DNA of 64,000 nucleotides from Acidobacteriota bacterium (GCA_022821145.1 JAJEEE010000084.1:10295-74294); one strand, 5' to 3'. Positions 27,293 to 37,574 are shown, numbered from the stretch's first letter. A program made the numbers and translations. Notes: a model not told the origin generated them from the sequence alone.

Positions 27293-28534
27293 TCAGTCCG
27301 TCACCGACGCTCCTGCCAGCATCGAGACCGCGGCCAGCGTCGTCTGCGCGGCGTTGAGCCCCAGCCGGAAGTCGTCGTCGCTGAACGATTCGAACACGTC
27401 GATCGGCTGGTGCCAGGTCGGGTTCCAGCCGGCCCCGGTGTGCATGCCGCGCTCGTTCTCGCGGAGGCTGATCGACGGGACGAGGTCCATGAACGGCGTC
27501 GAGTCCGTGTTCGTCATGTGCGGTCCGACGGCGGCCGGGTAGTCCGTCGCGAACTCCTCGTTCGCTTCTCGGAAGAAGAAGGCCAGCCGCATCGCCCGGT
27601 CCGCGAACCGGGACTCGGACTGGAACTCGATGTTGATGTCGGCCTCCGGCCGCTGCTCCGGGTTCCACGTGCCGTCGGCCCGCGGCATGCCGTGATCCCA
27701 CAACATCATGTCGTGCTGGATCATCGCCAGCCACATGGGTTCGGGATACCGGCCCGATCCGGGCGGATCCTCGACGCCCTGCAGGTCCGCGCGCTGCTCG
27801 ACGTAGGCCCGCGACCCGTTCAACCCGGTTTCCTCGTTGTTCCACAGCGCGAACCGGATCGACACGTCGGTCTCGACGTCGGGCATGTTCAGAATGCGGG
27901 CCAGCTCCATGACCAGCGCCGTGCCGGACGCGTTGTCGTTCAACGCTTCGCCCCAGCCGTGCCCGTCCATGTGCGCGCCCAGGATGTACATCTCGCCGGG
28001 TCGCGTCGCGCCGGTCTTGGTGCAGTAGACCTGCTCGCGAGGACCGTTCACCGCCGGCTGCCGATTCAGCTCCCGCAGCCGCTCGTCGGGCTGGGCGTCC
28101 GGGTCGTTGTTGACACCGGTCGGCCGCGTGATCCCGTAGTAGCGGGAGCCGCCGGGGCCGTTCCGGATCTCGCCGCTGGCGATCACCGGGTCGGGCGGCG
28201 CGCCGCGGCCCCGGCCGCGGCCCACGGTCGGGCGCGGCGGCGGGTCGTACACGTAGTGAAGGCGGGCCGTCTCGCACCCGTAGCTCAGAAGCTGTTCCTC
28301 GATCCAGTCGACGGCGTCCCGGTTGCGGTCCGTCCCCTGGCGGCGGTCGCCGAACCGGGCCAAGCCCCGCATCGTGTCCTTGTAGCGTTCCAGATCCAGG
28401 CGTCCGACGAGCGCGGCGACGGGATCGGGGGCGACGACCTCGTCCTGACCGGCCGCCTCGGGAACTACGGCCGGGCCTGCGCAAACCAGGATCGGGCCGC
28501 AGACGGCCGTGGCGAGGAGTGCTTCGAAGCGCAT
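27293..28534 (-). CDS. M28-family zinc aminopeptidase, secreted
   Basis: Start refined to MRFEALLATAVCG... (GGGAGGA RBS). HMDGHGWGEALNDNASGTALVMELARIL and NNEETGLNGSRAYV are M28 metal-binding motifs. Confidence 0.8.
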   Translation of the reverse strand: MRFEALLATAVCGPILVCAGPAVVPEAAGQDEVVAPDPVAALVGRLDLERYKDTMRGLARFGDRRQGTDRNRDAVDWIEEQLLSYGCETARLHYVYDPPPRPTVGRGRGRGAPPDPVIASGEIRNGPGGSRYYGITRPTGVNNDPDAQPDERLRELNRQPAVNGPREQVYCTKTGATRPGEMYILGAHMDGHGWGEALNDNASGTALVMELARILNMPDVETDVSIRFALWNNEETGLNGSRAYVEQRADLQGVEDPPGSGRYPEPMWLAMIQHDMMLWDHGMPRADGTWNPEQRPEADINIEFQSESRFADRAMRLAFFFREANEEFATDYPAAVGPHMTNTDSTPFMDLVPSISLRENERGMHTGAGWNPTWHQPIDVFESFSDDDFRLGLNAAQTTLAAVSMLAGASVTD

Positions 28535-28629
28535 AGCGATCCTCCCATGATGGTGTCGGCGTTCGAGGATCATATCAGCGGCCCTGTGATCGCGCTTGGT
28601 ATAATCCGGCATCTGCGGTGGAGGTTTCC

Positions 28630-30354
28630 ATGACAATCGTCCGAGCGGTCGCCGCCGTCCTCGTCGTCGTTCCGGCGGCATGGGCGCAGGTGACGAACTA
28701 CCGACCCGTCACCGACGAAATGCTCCGGAGTCCCAGTCCGGACGACTGGCTGATGTTCAGCCGCACCTACGACGCCCAGCGCTACAGCCCGCTGGAAGCG
28801 ATTGACCGCGACAACGTCGGCGGACTCGTGCTGGCCTGGTCCCGCGGCCTGAACGACGGGAACGCCGAGGCGATCCCGATCGTCCACGACGGCGTGATGT
28901 ACATCGTGGAGCCGGGCGCGGTCGTACGGGCCCTGGACGCGGCCACGGGCGATTCCATATGGGAGTACCGGCACGACGCGGGCGACGCGGCGGCCCGCGC
29001 GCGGACCAAGACGATCGCCATCTACGAGGACGTCATCCTGTACACGGCGCCCGACGGCTACGTGATGGCGCTCGACGCCGTCGACGGCGAGGTGCGCTGG
29101 CAGACCTACGCGGGCGAGGCCGCCCACACGTCGGGGCCCGTGGCCGTCGACGGCCGGGTAATCACGGGGCGGGCCTGCGCCCGGACGCGCGAGAGCTGCT
29201 TCATCGCCGCCCACGACATCGCCACCGGCGAGGAGCTGTGGAAGTTCTACACCGTGCCGGGTCCGGGCGAGCCCGGCTACGAGACGTGGGGCAACCCGTC
29301 GCCGGAGACGCACGCCCGGAACATGGCGTCGGCGTGGGGCCTGCCCGGCTCCTACGACCCGGAAACCGACACGCTGCTGTGGGGCGTGGCCAACCCCATG
29401 CCCAACACGCGCGCCGCGCGCCACGACGGCAACGTCGACGCGGTGCCGCGCGTGTCGCCGTCCGACCTGTACAGCAATTCCACGCTGGCGCTGGACCCGG
29501 CCACCGGCGAGCTGAAGTGGTACTACCAGCATCTGCCGGGCGACGACTGGGACGAGGACTACACGAACGAACGCATCCTGACGACCGTCCGCTTCGACCC
29601 GGATCCGGAATACGTGAAGTGGTTCAACCCGAACGTCGCCCGCGGGGAGGAACGCGAAGCGACCGTGATGGTCGGGGAGGGCGGCGGCATCTTCGTCAAC
29701 GACCGCCGCACGGGCGAGTTCCTGTGGGCCACGCCGTTCCCGTTCGACACGCCGCGGTTCCTGATCTCGCACATCGACGGCGCCACCGGGCGGACCGAGC
29801 TGAACTCGGACCTGATCCTCGAGGAGCCGGGCGACAACCACCTGATATGCTTCTTCAACACGACCAGCTTCTGGCCGTCGTCCTACCATCCGGGCACCCG
29901 GTCGCTCTACATCCCGTACGTCGACAACTGCCTGGACATGACGCGCGCCGACGGCGAGAACCGCGAGCGCCGCTTCGGACGGGCGCGGCCCGAGGGCGAC
30001 CCCGACGCGTTCGCCGGCATCGCCCGCGTGAACCTGGACACGGGCGAGCTGATGCGCTTCGGCGTCAGCGCCATGCCCAGCACCGGGGCGACGCTGGCGA
30101 CGGCGGGCGGGGTCGTGTTCCACGGCGACGTGAACCGGCGTTTCCGCGCCTTCGACGCCGAAACCGGGGACGCGCTGTGGGAGACCGTGCTGGGCGGTCC
30201 CGTGTCGATCAGCCTGATCACCTACGCGGTCGACGGCCGGCAGTACGTGGCCGTCACGACGGGGAACAAGGGCGGCGCGCTCGCCCGGGGCGCCGGCCTC
30301 CAGCCGCCGCGCAACCACAACGAGATCTACGTGTTCGCGTTGCCGCCACAATGA
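28630..30354 (+). CDS. PQQ-dependent dehydrogenase-like beta-propeller protein (quinoprotein alcohol dehydrogenase family)
   Basis: Signal peptide. Repeated W-motif propeller blades (GDSIWEY, GEVRWQT, GEELWKF, GELKWYY, GDALWET) are typical of the PQQ methanol/ethanol dehydrogenase family. GGAGG RBS before the second Met. Confidence 0.7.
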   Translation: MTIVRAVAAVLVVVPAAWAQVTNYRPVTDEMLRSPSPDDWLMFSRTYDAQRYSPLEAIDRDNVGGLVLAWSRGLNDGNAEAIPIVHDGVMYIVEPGAVVRALDAATGDSIWEYRHDAGDAAARARTKTIAIYEDVILYTAPDGYVMALDAVDGEVRWQTYAGEAAHTSGPVAVDGRVITGRACARTRESCFIAAHDIATGEELWKFYTVPGPGEPGYETWGNPSPETHARNMASAWGLPGSYDPETDTLLWGVANPMPNTRAARHDGNVDAVPRVSPSDLYSNSTLALDPATGELKWYYQHLPGDDWDEDYTNERILTTVRFDPDPEYVKWFNPNVARGEEREATVMVGEGGGIFVNDRRTGEFLWATPFPFDTPRFLISHIDGATGRTELNSDLILEEPGDNHLICFFNTTSFWPSSYHPGTRSLYIPYVDNCLDMTRADGENRERRFGRARPEGDPDAFAGIARVNLDTGELMRFGVSAMPSTGATLATAGGVVFHGDVNRRFRAFDAETGDALWETVLGGPVSISLITYAVDGRQYVAVTTGNKGGALARGAGLQPPRNHNEIYVFALPPQ

Positions 30355-30446
30355 CGTGCGTCCGTGACGCCGGCCGAAGGGCCGGGGCCCGAACGCCGGC
30401 CCCGTGGGCCGGGAAGCCGGCGTCTCGCCGCGGTCGTGCTTGAAGC

Positions 30447-30650
30447 CTATTCTTCCGAACGGAACCCGAAGGATGTCCGCGACAGGACCTGTCGCGGGCG
30501 TCCGGGATCGGCCACCTCCACGGACGAACTGCCGCCGCCCCAGTAATACTCTTCGTTGAACAGATTGGTGGCGGACAGCGTGAACCGCGCGGGTCCGACA
30601 CGCCAGGACACCGCCGCGTCGACCAGGGTATAGGGATCCAGAAGGAACCG
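30447..30650 (-). pseudogene. Remnant of the C-terminal strands of a TonB-dependent receptor
   Basis: ...SATNLFNEEYYWGGGSSSVEVADPGRPRQVLSRTSFGF matches a TBDR C-terminus (NLFxxxY...PGRPRxV..G..Y.F). No plug or barrel lies upstream; the position is occupied by the DUF5916 gene start. Confidence 0.4.
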
Positions 30651-30654
30651 AGTG

Positions 30655-33000
30655 ATGGCGCACACGCCCCGGATCATCAGGCAAAATACTGAAATGATCG
30701 TGGCCACTGCATGCGTTCTGTTCCTTGCTTTCGTGATGATGCCGCCGAGCGCGGCCGGTCAGGAGGAAGCCGCGCCCGCCGCGGACCGGCCGGCGGTTCC
30801 GGTCGTTCGGTCGATCGCGCCGCCTCGGACCGAGGCGATCCCACCGGGCAGCGCAACGACGTCCCCCGGGGACCGCCGGTGGATGGAGGCGGTGCGGCTG
30901 GCGCCCGGCGAATCGATCACGCTGGACGGACGGCTCGACGAAGCGGTCTGGTCGCGCGCCGTTCCGGCCGCCAACTTCCTGCAGCGGGACCCGGACAACG
31001 GCGAGCCCGCGACCGAGCCGACCGAGGTCCGCATCGTCTACGACGCCGACAAGCTCTACATGGGCGTCACGCTGTTCGATTCCGATCCGGACGGGCTGAT
31101 CTACTACCAGATGGGGCGGGACGGATTCCTGCCCTCGGACGACAAGCTGCAATGGGCGTTCGACACCTTCAACGACGGCCAGAGCGCGTATTGGTGGGAG
31201 ATGAATCCGGCCGGGTCGATGGCCGATTCGTTGCGGGGCGCGAACAACACGAACAACCGTCAATGGGACGGTATCTGGGACGCGCGCACGACGCGCAGCG
31301 AGATCGGGTGGATCATCGAGTTCGAAGTTCCGTTCAGGACGATGAACTTCAACCCGGACACCGACGAGTGGGGCGCCAACTTTCAGCGCACGGTCGCACG
31401 AAAGAACGAAGTCAGCATATGGATGGGATGGCTGCGGAACCAGGGTCTCAACCGGATGAGCAACGCGGGACGGCTGATCGGAATCCGGGACGTGACGCAA
31501 GGGCGCGGCCTGGACATCAAGCCCTACTTCCTGGCCGACTCGGAGTCGTCCCCGGGCCGGGGAGATCCCACGCCCCGGAACGACGCCGATGCCGGCGTCG
31601 ATTTCTTCTACAACCTGACGCCGAGCCTCAGGGCGAATCTGACGCTCAACACGGATTTCGCCCAGGCCGAGGTCGACGAGCGGCAGGTCAACCTGACGCG
31701 CTTCTCACTCCTGTTCCCCGAGAAGCGGGACTTCTTCCTCGACGGCAGCCTGTTCTTCGACTTCGCGAGCGCGGGCGGCGAGTCGCTGATCCCGTTCCAG
31801 AGCCGGCGCATCGGGCTCGACGAGAACAACACGCCGCAACGGATCAACTTCGGCGGCAAGCTGACCGGACAGGCCGGGGCGTTCGACATCGGCGTTTTGC
31901 AGGTTCAGACCGCCGACGAAACCGACGATCGCGAGGATGGTTCGCCGGGCGAAGATTTCACCGTCATACGGCTCAAGCGCCGCATGTTCCGCGAGTCGTA
32001 CTTCGGCGGAATCTATACGCTTCGCGACACGCGGGGGGCCGGCGACGCGAGGCGCCAGACCATGGGGCTCGACTTCCGGTTGGCGACTTCGACGTTCCGG
32101 GGCTCGGACAACCTGGGACTGACGGGGTACTTCCTTCGCACGACCGATCCGCTCGGCGCCGACGGCCGGAACTCCGCGTTCGGCGCCGAGCTCGACTATC
32201 CCAACGATCCCTTGTCGATGGCCGTCGGATATCAGGAGATCCAGGAGAACTACGACGCGGCCATCGGCTTCACCCGCCGGACCGGTTTCCGAAACGTCAA
32301 CCAGACGATCGAGTTCTCTCCCAGACCGAGCCGGCATCCCTGGATCCGGGTGTTCAACTTCGGGGCCACGACGGACTGGTTTCTCGATCCCGTCGACAAC
32401 AGCCTGCTGACCCGGGAGTCCGACTTCACGGCGATCGGGATCGAAACGCACCGGCAGGATTCGGTCGAGTTCCATGTCTTGCCGACCTACGAGCGGCTCG
32501 AGCGCGACTTCCGGATCGCGCCCGGAGTGACGCTTCCCGCCGGCAGCGAATACGGCTTCACGCGTTTCCGGATTCAGGGGGAGACGACCAGTCGCCGTCC
32601 TGTCGCGTTCTCGCCGCAGCTCGAGTGGGGCGAATTCTTCTCCGGTACGCGCCTCACGATCGCCAACGCGGTCGAGTACCGCGCCGCGCCCGGTCACATG
32701 TTCACCTTCACGAACGAATGGAATCGCGTCTCGCTGGCCGAAGGGCAGTTCTATACGAAGCTCTACCGGTTCATCGCCGAGACGCAGTTCAACCCCCGGA
32801 TCTCGCTCGTCAACAACATCCAATACGACACGCAGAGCAACGTCATCGGCTGGCAGTCGCGTTTCCGCTGGATCGTGACGCCGGGGAGCGATCTCTATTT
32901 CGTCTACGTGCACAACTGGGTGGACGACCCGGTGAGGGGCGAGACCTATACCCTCGACCGCCGGTTGTCTTCGAAGGTCTTGTACACGTATCGGTTTTGA
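30655..33000 (+). CDS. DUF5916 domain protein with an N-terminal CBM9-like domain (secreted)
   Basis: NTDFAQAEVDERQVNLTRFSLLFPEKRDFFLDG is the hallmark DUF5916 segment. Signal peptide. GAAGGAA RBS. Confidence 0.7.
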   Translation: MAHTPRIIRQNTEMIVATACVLFLAFVMMPPSAAGQEEAAPAADRPAVPVVRSIAPPRTEAIPPGSATTSPGDRRWMEAVRLAPGESITLDGRLDEAVWSRAVPAANFLQRDPDNGEPATEPTEVRIVYDADKLYMGVTLFDSDPDGLIYYQMGRDGFLPSDDKLQWAFDTFNDGQSAYWWEMNPAGSMADSLRGANNTNNRQWDGIWDARTTRSEIGWIIEFEVPFRTMNFNPDTDEWGANFQRTVARKNEVSIWMGWLRNQGLNRMSNAGRLIGIRDVTQGRGLDIKPYFLADSESSPGRGDPTPRNDADAGVDFFYNLTPSLRANLTLNTDFAQAEVDERQVNLTRFSLLFPEKRDFFLDGSLFFDFASAGGESLIPFQSRRIGLDENNTPQRINFGGKLTGQAGAFDIGVLQVQTADETDDREDGSPGEDFTVIRLKRRMFRESYFGGIYTLRDTRGAGDARRQTMGLDFRLATSTFRGSDNLGLTGYFLRTTDPLGADGRNSAFGAELDYPNDPLSMAVGYQEIQENYDAAIGFTRRTGFRNVNQTIEFSPRPSRHPWIRVFNFGATTDWFLDPVDNSLLTRESDFTAIGIETHRQDSVEFHVLPTYERLERDFRIAPGVTLPAGSEYGFTRFRIQGETTSRRPVAFSPQLEWGEFFSGTRLTIANAVEYRAAPGHMFTFTNEWNRVSLAEGQFYTKLYRFIAETQFNPRISLVNNIQYDTQSNVIGWQSRFRWIVTPGSDLYFVYVHNWVDDPVRGETYTLDRRLSSKVLYTYRF

Positions 33001-33013
33001 GAACGGAGGCTCG

Positions 33014-33760
33014 ATGGAGTTGGAGTTCGTCCCGCTGCTGGGGGTTCAACGAGACATCTACCGCCTGCCGCGCGGCCGGGAACGCTTCGAGGCGTACCTG
33101 CGCACGATGGTGGATGCCGGCACCGGCGATCTGGATCTTCCCCTCGTGAACATGAACCCGATGGGGAAGGACCACGTGCCGCTCCTGCTGGATCGGCTGC
33201 TCGAGCTGGACGCTGACGCGGTCGGTGCGGCCGCCACCGCCGCGGCGCAGCCGGCCGTGGCCGACGTTGCCGGCGCCTACCGGGTCGGGCTGGTCGTGGC
33301 CGATGACGCCGGGGGCGGCTGGACCGACCGTCACGGCACAGAGTTGGACCACCGGTTCGGGGGCGAAGCGCTCTACAAGCGCGGCTGGATCGTCGGCCTG
33401 CTCTGGACCCGTGAGACCCCGTCGGAGACCCGCGTGCGTCATGAGGTGACGATGTGCATCCATCGGCTGGCGCATATCCGCCGCCATGGCCCCGCGACGT
33501 CGATCTCGGCGATGCTCGAGCAGGAAGGGGAGGCGATGGCCGCGGCCGGCTGTATCGAGCCGGCGCTGGACGCGGATGACCTGGCTTACACGCGTCAGAT
33601 CATCGAGCCCTACCTGGCGGCGTCCGACCGGCCGACCGTGGTCGCCTGCCTGTACGGCGACGAAACCGCCCGGAAGCTGGGCTATCCCGCCCTTGGATTC
33701 AGCTCCGGAGCCGGGCTCGCGCTCGCACTCGACACCGCCCGTAGCCGACGTCTCTCCTGA
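33014..33760 (+). CDS. Hypothetical protein
   Basis: GGAGG RBS. 248 aa with no recognisable family. Confidence 0.45.
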   Translation: MELEFVPLLGVQRDIYRLPRGRERFEAYLRTMVDAGTGDLDLPLVNMNPMGKDHVPLLLDRLLELDADAVGAAATAAAQPAVADVAGAYRVGLVVADDAGGGWTDRHGTELDHRFGGEALYKRGWIVGLLWTRETPSETRVRHEVTMCIHRLAHIRRHGPATSISAMLEQEGEAMAAAGCIEPALDADDLAYTRQIIEPYLAASDRPTVVACLYGDETARKLGYPALGFSSGAGLALALDTARSRRLS

Positions 33761-34870
33761 ATGGTGTGGAATCTAGTGTACCGTCTCTAAATTGACTGCA
33801 CGTTATTAGTTTGAGCGAGTGCGGCGCGAGCGCGTTGGATTTTGGCGAGGATTTCTTCGCCCTTCTGGCGCCAGACATAGGGTTTCGGGTTGAGATTACG
33901 TTCTGCGAGGTAATCGGTCATGGCGTGGACCAACTCGTCAACGCTGCGGAAGCTGCCTTGGCGGACGACATCGTCGGTGAGATCGCGGAAGAATCGTTCC
34001 ACCAGGTTCATCCACGAACTGGAGGTGGGGGCGAAGTGCATCGCGATGCGGTCGCATCCGTGGGTCTTCCGGTGGCGTTGATTGCGCCACTGGATCCAGG
34101 ATTTCACTTTTGCGTGTTTGTGGGTGGCGTAATCGTCGGCAATCAAACGAAGCGTCAAGTCCGAGGGGGTGTCCCGGTCGAGTTGTTTGACGAAGGGCAG
34201 CCACTGCCGATGCGTGTGCCGGGCGGCCGTCTGATGGAAGATCTTTCCGTCCAGGTAGGACAACGCGGCGAACAGCGTGACGGCGCCATGCCGTTTGTAA
34301 TCGTGTGTCTGGGTGCGGCTGTACCCGCGCATGACGGGAAACCCGGGCTGTGTCCGGTCCAACGCCTGACATTGGCTCTTCTCATCGCAGCACAGTACGA
34401 GCGCCCGGTCCGGGGGGTTCAAGTACAAGCCGATCACGTCCCAGAACTTCGTCTCGAAGTTCTTGTCGTTGGACAGCTTGAAGGTGCGCGTGACATGGGG
34501 CTTGATGCCGTTGGCGCTCCAAAGCCGTTGCACCGTCGCCTTCGACACGCCTGTCGCCTCGGCCATTGTGCGCACCGACCAACGCGTCCGATGCGGCGGC
34601 GGCTGCGTCGCCCCGACAATGATCTTCTCCCGCACTTTCGGGTCGATCCCTTCCTTTATTGATCCTGTTCACGATCGGGGTCGTCACGGTCGCATGGATG
34701 CGGCTACGTTGAAACGAGCGTTCTTCTGGTGGGCGCCGGTTTCTGCATCGGGATCGCCGCGTCGTCCGTAGCGGGCTCCCGCCGACCAGCAGATTCCCGC
34801 CCAGAAAGAGGGAATCATCGAGGGAACGACGGAGGTTCATGGGGGTCAAGTTACTAAATATGAATGACTT
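33761..34870 (-). mobile_element. Probable IS630-family insertion sequence (about 1.1 kb); ends not resolved
   Basis: The transposase gene plus about 235 bp upstream lie between the hypothetical gene (ends 33760) and the TBDR gene (ends 34997). A weak inverted match GGAATCT...AAxTTGAC occurs near both ends. TIRs and TA target duplication were not confidently identified. Confidence 0.35.
33787..34635 (-). CDS. IS630-family (Tc1/mariner-type DDE) transposase
   Basis: MHFAPTSSSWMNLVERFF is the IS630 signature (HFTPxxSSWLNxVERWF). An HTH ...TGVSKATVQRLWSANGIKPH is present. Same length as ISY100 transposase (282 aa). Confidence 0.85.
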   Translation of the reverse strand: MREKIIVGATQPPPHRTRWSVRTMAEATGVSKATVQRLWSANGIKPHVTRTFKLSNDKNFETKFWDVIGLYLNPPDRALVLCCDEKSQCQALDRTQPGFPVMRGYSRTQTHDYKRHGAVTLFAALSYLDGKIFHQTAARHTHRQWLPFVKQLDRDTPSDLTLRLIADDYATHKHAKVKSWIQWRNQRHRKTHGCDRIAMHFAPTSSSWMNLVERFFRDLTDDVVRQGSFRSVDELVHAMTDYLAERNLNPKPYVWRQKGEEILAKIQRARAALAQTNNVQSI

Positions 34871-34996
34871 GTGAAGATTCCGTCGCTCGCGCTGCCTGCG
34901 CGCGGACGGGACGCCGGCGCGGCCCGCGCGTCGGGTGCAGATTGTCGAGCTGGCCGCTTCGGCGCCTCCCCCGCTTGGTTTGCGACGCCGCGTTTC

Positions 34997-37330
34997 CTAA
35001 TGGAACCGCAGCGCGTAGCTCAACCGGATCCCGCGGCCCATTTCCGGCGCCCGGTCCTTGATGTACGACGTGTGGTTCCGATACAGCACGTTGGTCACGT
35101 TGCTGGCCGTGAACGACACGATGTGCGCCGAGCGCTGCTGCGGCCAGACGTAGGATGCCCGCACGTCGAGGACGGCGTAGCCGTCCGTTGCGGTTTCTCC
35201 GCGGAAGACGTCGTCCTGTCTCGCCGCGAACGTCAAACGCGGGCTCACCACGAATCCGCGGTACGGCAGGTCGAGGTCCAGCGTGCCGCGGAGCGGCGGA
35301 ATACGCGGCAGCGCCTCGCCGGTCGCGGTCAACTTGGCGTCGACGCGCCCGAGGCCGAGCGTGGCCCAGACCCCTCCGGCGAGCCGGATGCTGCCCCGTG
35401 CGTCGAACCCGACGAAGCGGCTGTCGCCCTGCAGGACGTTGAAGACCGGCAGGTTGTCGATTACGTCGCCGCTGCGGTGGCCGAAGATGAAGTTGCCGAT
35501 GTCGTAGACGAAGAAGTTCACGTCGCCGCGGACGCGGCCGCCCCGGTGGCGCAGGCTCACATCGAGGCCGAGAGTCGATTCGCCGTCCAGGTCCGGGTTC
35601 CCGACGTCGAAAGAGAGCGTGCCGACGTGAGCACCGAAATTGTACAGCTCCTCGATCGCCGGGGCGCGGTGCGAACGGGTCAGGTTGGCGACCAGGGCGT
35701 TGCCGGCGCCGAGGTCCGCATGGACACCGACCGATGCCGACACGCCGGTGAAGTCGCGGTCGCGGGTGGCGGGCGCCTCGACGTGGTGGCCGGCGCCCTC
35801 CTCATCGGCGTGCGGATGTCCGCCGGAACGCTCGGCCACCCGGTAGCGGTCACGGTCGACCCGCCCGCCGAACTGCAGGCGAAATCGGCCCAGGCTCAGC
35901 TCTTCGTAGGCGAAGGCCGCGAAGGACGCCAGATCGGTCCTTGGCGCCAGCGCCTCGACACCCACGGCCTGGAAATCGCGTACCCGCGTCCAGACGCCGA
36001 ACCTCCCGGCCAGACGGTCCGTCTGCCGCTGGTCGACGTCGGCGCGGACGATATAGGTATGGTTGTCGTAGCGGGTGCCGACGCGCTCATGGCCATCCTC
36101 GATCTCCAACTCGTTGTGGCCCCAGTCGATGACGTTCGCGCTGAGTCGCAGCCCCTCGACGAAGCGGTTGGTGAAGCCCTGGAAGCCGATATCGAAGCGC
36201 GCGGCGCGACGCTGCCAGTCGAGCGCGATCGCGGTCTCCCCGTGGTCGTCGCGGTGGTCGTTGTCGTGGGCGTCCATGTGTCCCGGGGATTCTTCCTCGT
36301 GGTGTGCGTGTAACTCGCCGGCGAACGGCACGCCGTACCGGCCGTCGTTCAACGTCACGTCGACGCTCGCGAAGAGTCGGTCGCGCGACCAGCCGACGCC
36401 GGCCCGGGCGTTCCTGGACAAGGTGGCGGAGTTCTCGACGATCCCCGCCGGCGTGGAGTAGTCCTCGGCGCGCCGCCGGCCGCCGCCGACCCAGTAATGG
36501 ACCCCGTTCCGCGCATGCTGCAGTCCGAAGTTCACGCCTCGCTGCGCGTTTGCGCTTCCCAGATCGGTGCTCGCCTGCGCCCGCGTGCCGTTGCCGGGCG
36601 ATTCCCGGTAACCCGCGTGCGGCGTGACGACGTTGACGAGCCCGCCGACCGCGTTCGAGCCGTACAACAACGTCGCCGGCCCGCGCACGATCTCGATTCG
36701 CTCCGCGCCGCCGGGATCGACCGCGACGCCATGGTCGCCCGACTCCCCCGACAGGTCACCGGTGCGAATCCCGTCCTGAAGGATCAGCACCCGGTCCCCG
36801 TCGAATCCGCGAATGATCGGCCTGTTCGCTCCGGGGCCGAATCCGCGGACCGCGATGCCCGGCTCGCGCTCGATGGCCGCGGCCAGGTCGCCGGCCGACT
36901 CCCGGGCGATGTCGAACGTTTCGACCGTCGACACGGCGTTGAAGGCCTCCAGCGTCGTCTGGGTTCCGCCCGCCGAGGCCGTCACGGTCACCTCCTCACG
37001 TATGGGCGAGAGGCTCAGCACGAAATCGGCCGTCGCCGTCCCGTCGGTTTCGATCGTCACCATCTGCCGCACGGCCGTCAGATGCTCTCGCTGCGCGAGG
37101 ACCTCGTAGGCGCCGGCCGGCAGGTTGTCGACCTCGAACCGGCCGCGTTCGTCGGTCAGCGCCGAGGCGCCGGAGCCCACGACCAGGATCAACGCGCCGC
37201 GAATCGAGTCTCCGTTCTCTTCCAGCGTCACGGTTCCGCGCACGGCGCCGGTCACGCGGGCCAGCAGCGGCGTTCCAGTGGCGGTGGCCACCACGGCCGC
37301 CGCAAGGCATGTCGTAATCGTTCGGTGCAT
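34997..37330 (-). CDS. TonB-dependent receptor with N-terminal carboxypeptidase-regulatory-like domain (Oar-like)
   Basis: Start refined to MHRTITTCLAAAVVATA. CarboxypepD_reg segment (VRGTVTLEENGDSIRGALILVV). Plug-region motifs (RGFGPGANRPIIRGFDGDRVLILQDG, IEIVRGPATLLYGSNAVGG). C-terminal ...GIRLSYALRFH. Confidence 0.85.
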   Translation of the reverse strand: MHRTITTCLAAAVVATATGTPLLARVTGAVRGTVTLEENGDSIRGALILVVGSGASALTDERGRFEVDNLPAGAYEVLAQREHLTAVRQMVTIETDGTATADFVLSLSPIREEVTVTASAGGTQTTLEAFNAVSTVETFDIARESAGDLAAAIEREPGIAVRGFGPGANRPIIRGFDGDRVLILQDGIRTGDLSGESGDHGVAVDPGGAERIEIVRGPATLLYGSNAVGGLVNVVTPHAGYRESPGNGTRAQASTDLGSANAQRGVNFGLQHARNGVHYWVGGGRRRAEDYSTPAGIVENSATLSRNARAGVGWSRDRLFASVDVTLNDGRYGVPFAGELHAHHEEESPGHMDAHDNDHRDDHGETAIALDWQRRAARFDIGFQGFTNRFVEGLRLSANVIDWGHNELEIEDGHERVGTRYDNHTYIVRADVDQRQTDRLAGRFGVWTRVRDFQAVGVEALAPRTDLASFAAFAYEELSLGRFRLQFGGRVDRDRYRVAERSGGHPHADEEGAGHHVEAPATRDRDFTGVSASVGVHADLGAGNALVANLTRSHRAPAIEELYNFGAHVGTLSFDVGNPDLDGESTLGLDVSLRHRGGRVRGDVNFFVYDIGNFIFGHRSGDVIDNLPVFNVLQGDSRFVGFDARGSIRLAGGVWATLGLGRVDAKLTATGEALPRIPPLRGTLDLDLPYRGFVVSPRLTFAARQDDVFRGETATDGYAVLDVRASYVWPQQRSAHIVSFTASNVTNVLYRNHTSYIKDRAPEMGRGIRLSYALRFH

Positions 37331-37574
37331 TGTTTTTCCCTTTCCTGAGTCCCAACGTTTCATCGATCCGCCAACGACGTGAATGGAGTCGACGTGACCC
37401 GCGAGCCGCCGCCGGACGCCGCGGGAGAACTCCACATGGCGATGCCGGCAGCCCGCGGTTCGCACGGCCACGGCGAATACGGCCGTCGCGCGGGGCGCAT
37501 TCGCAGGCGCCGCGGACAGGGGCGATTTCGCCGTCGATGGCGGTGTTACTGGCGAACGAAGCGCGTGATGGGTG

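Noticed and set aside
26982-28484. 500-aa minus ORF
   Set aside because: Only the last 81 codons (the BrnA-like gene) look real. The rest is an alternative frame of the M28 peptidase gene region.
28570-31500. 976-aa minus-strand ORF
   Set aside because: It is antisense to the PQQ-propeller and DUF5916 genes. Low-complexity translation.
34871-37348. Plus-strand ORFs 34871..36313 and 36497..37348
   Set aside because: They are antisense to the TonB-dependent receptor.
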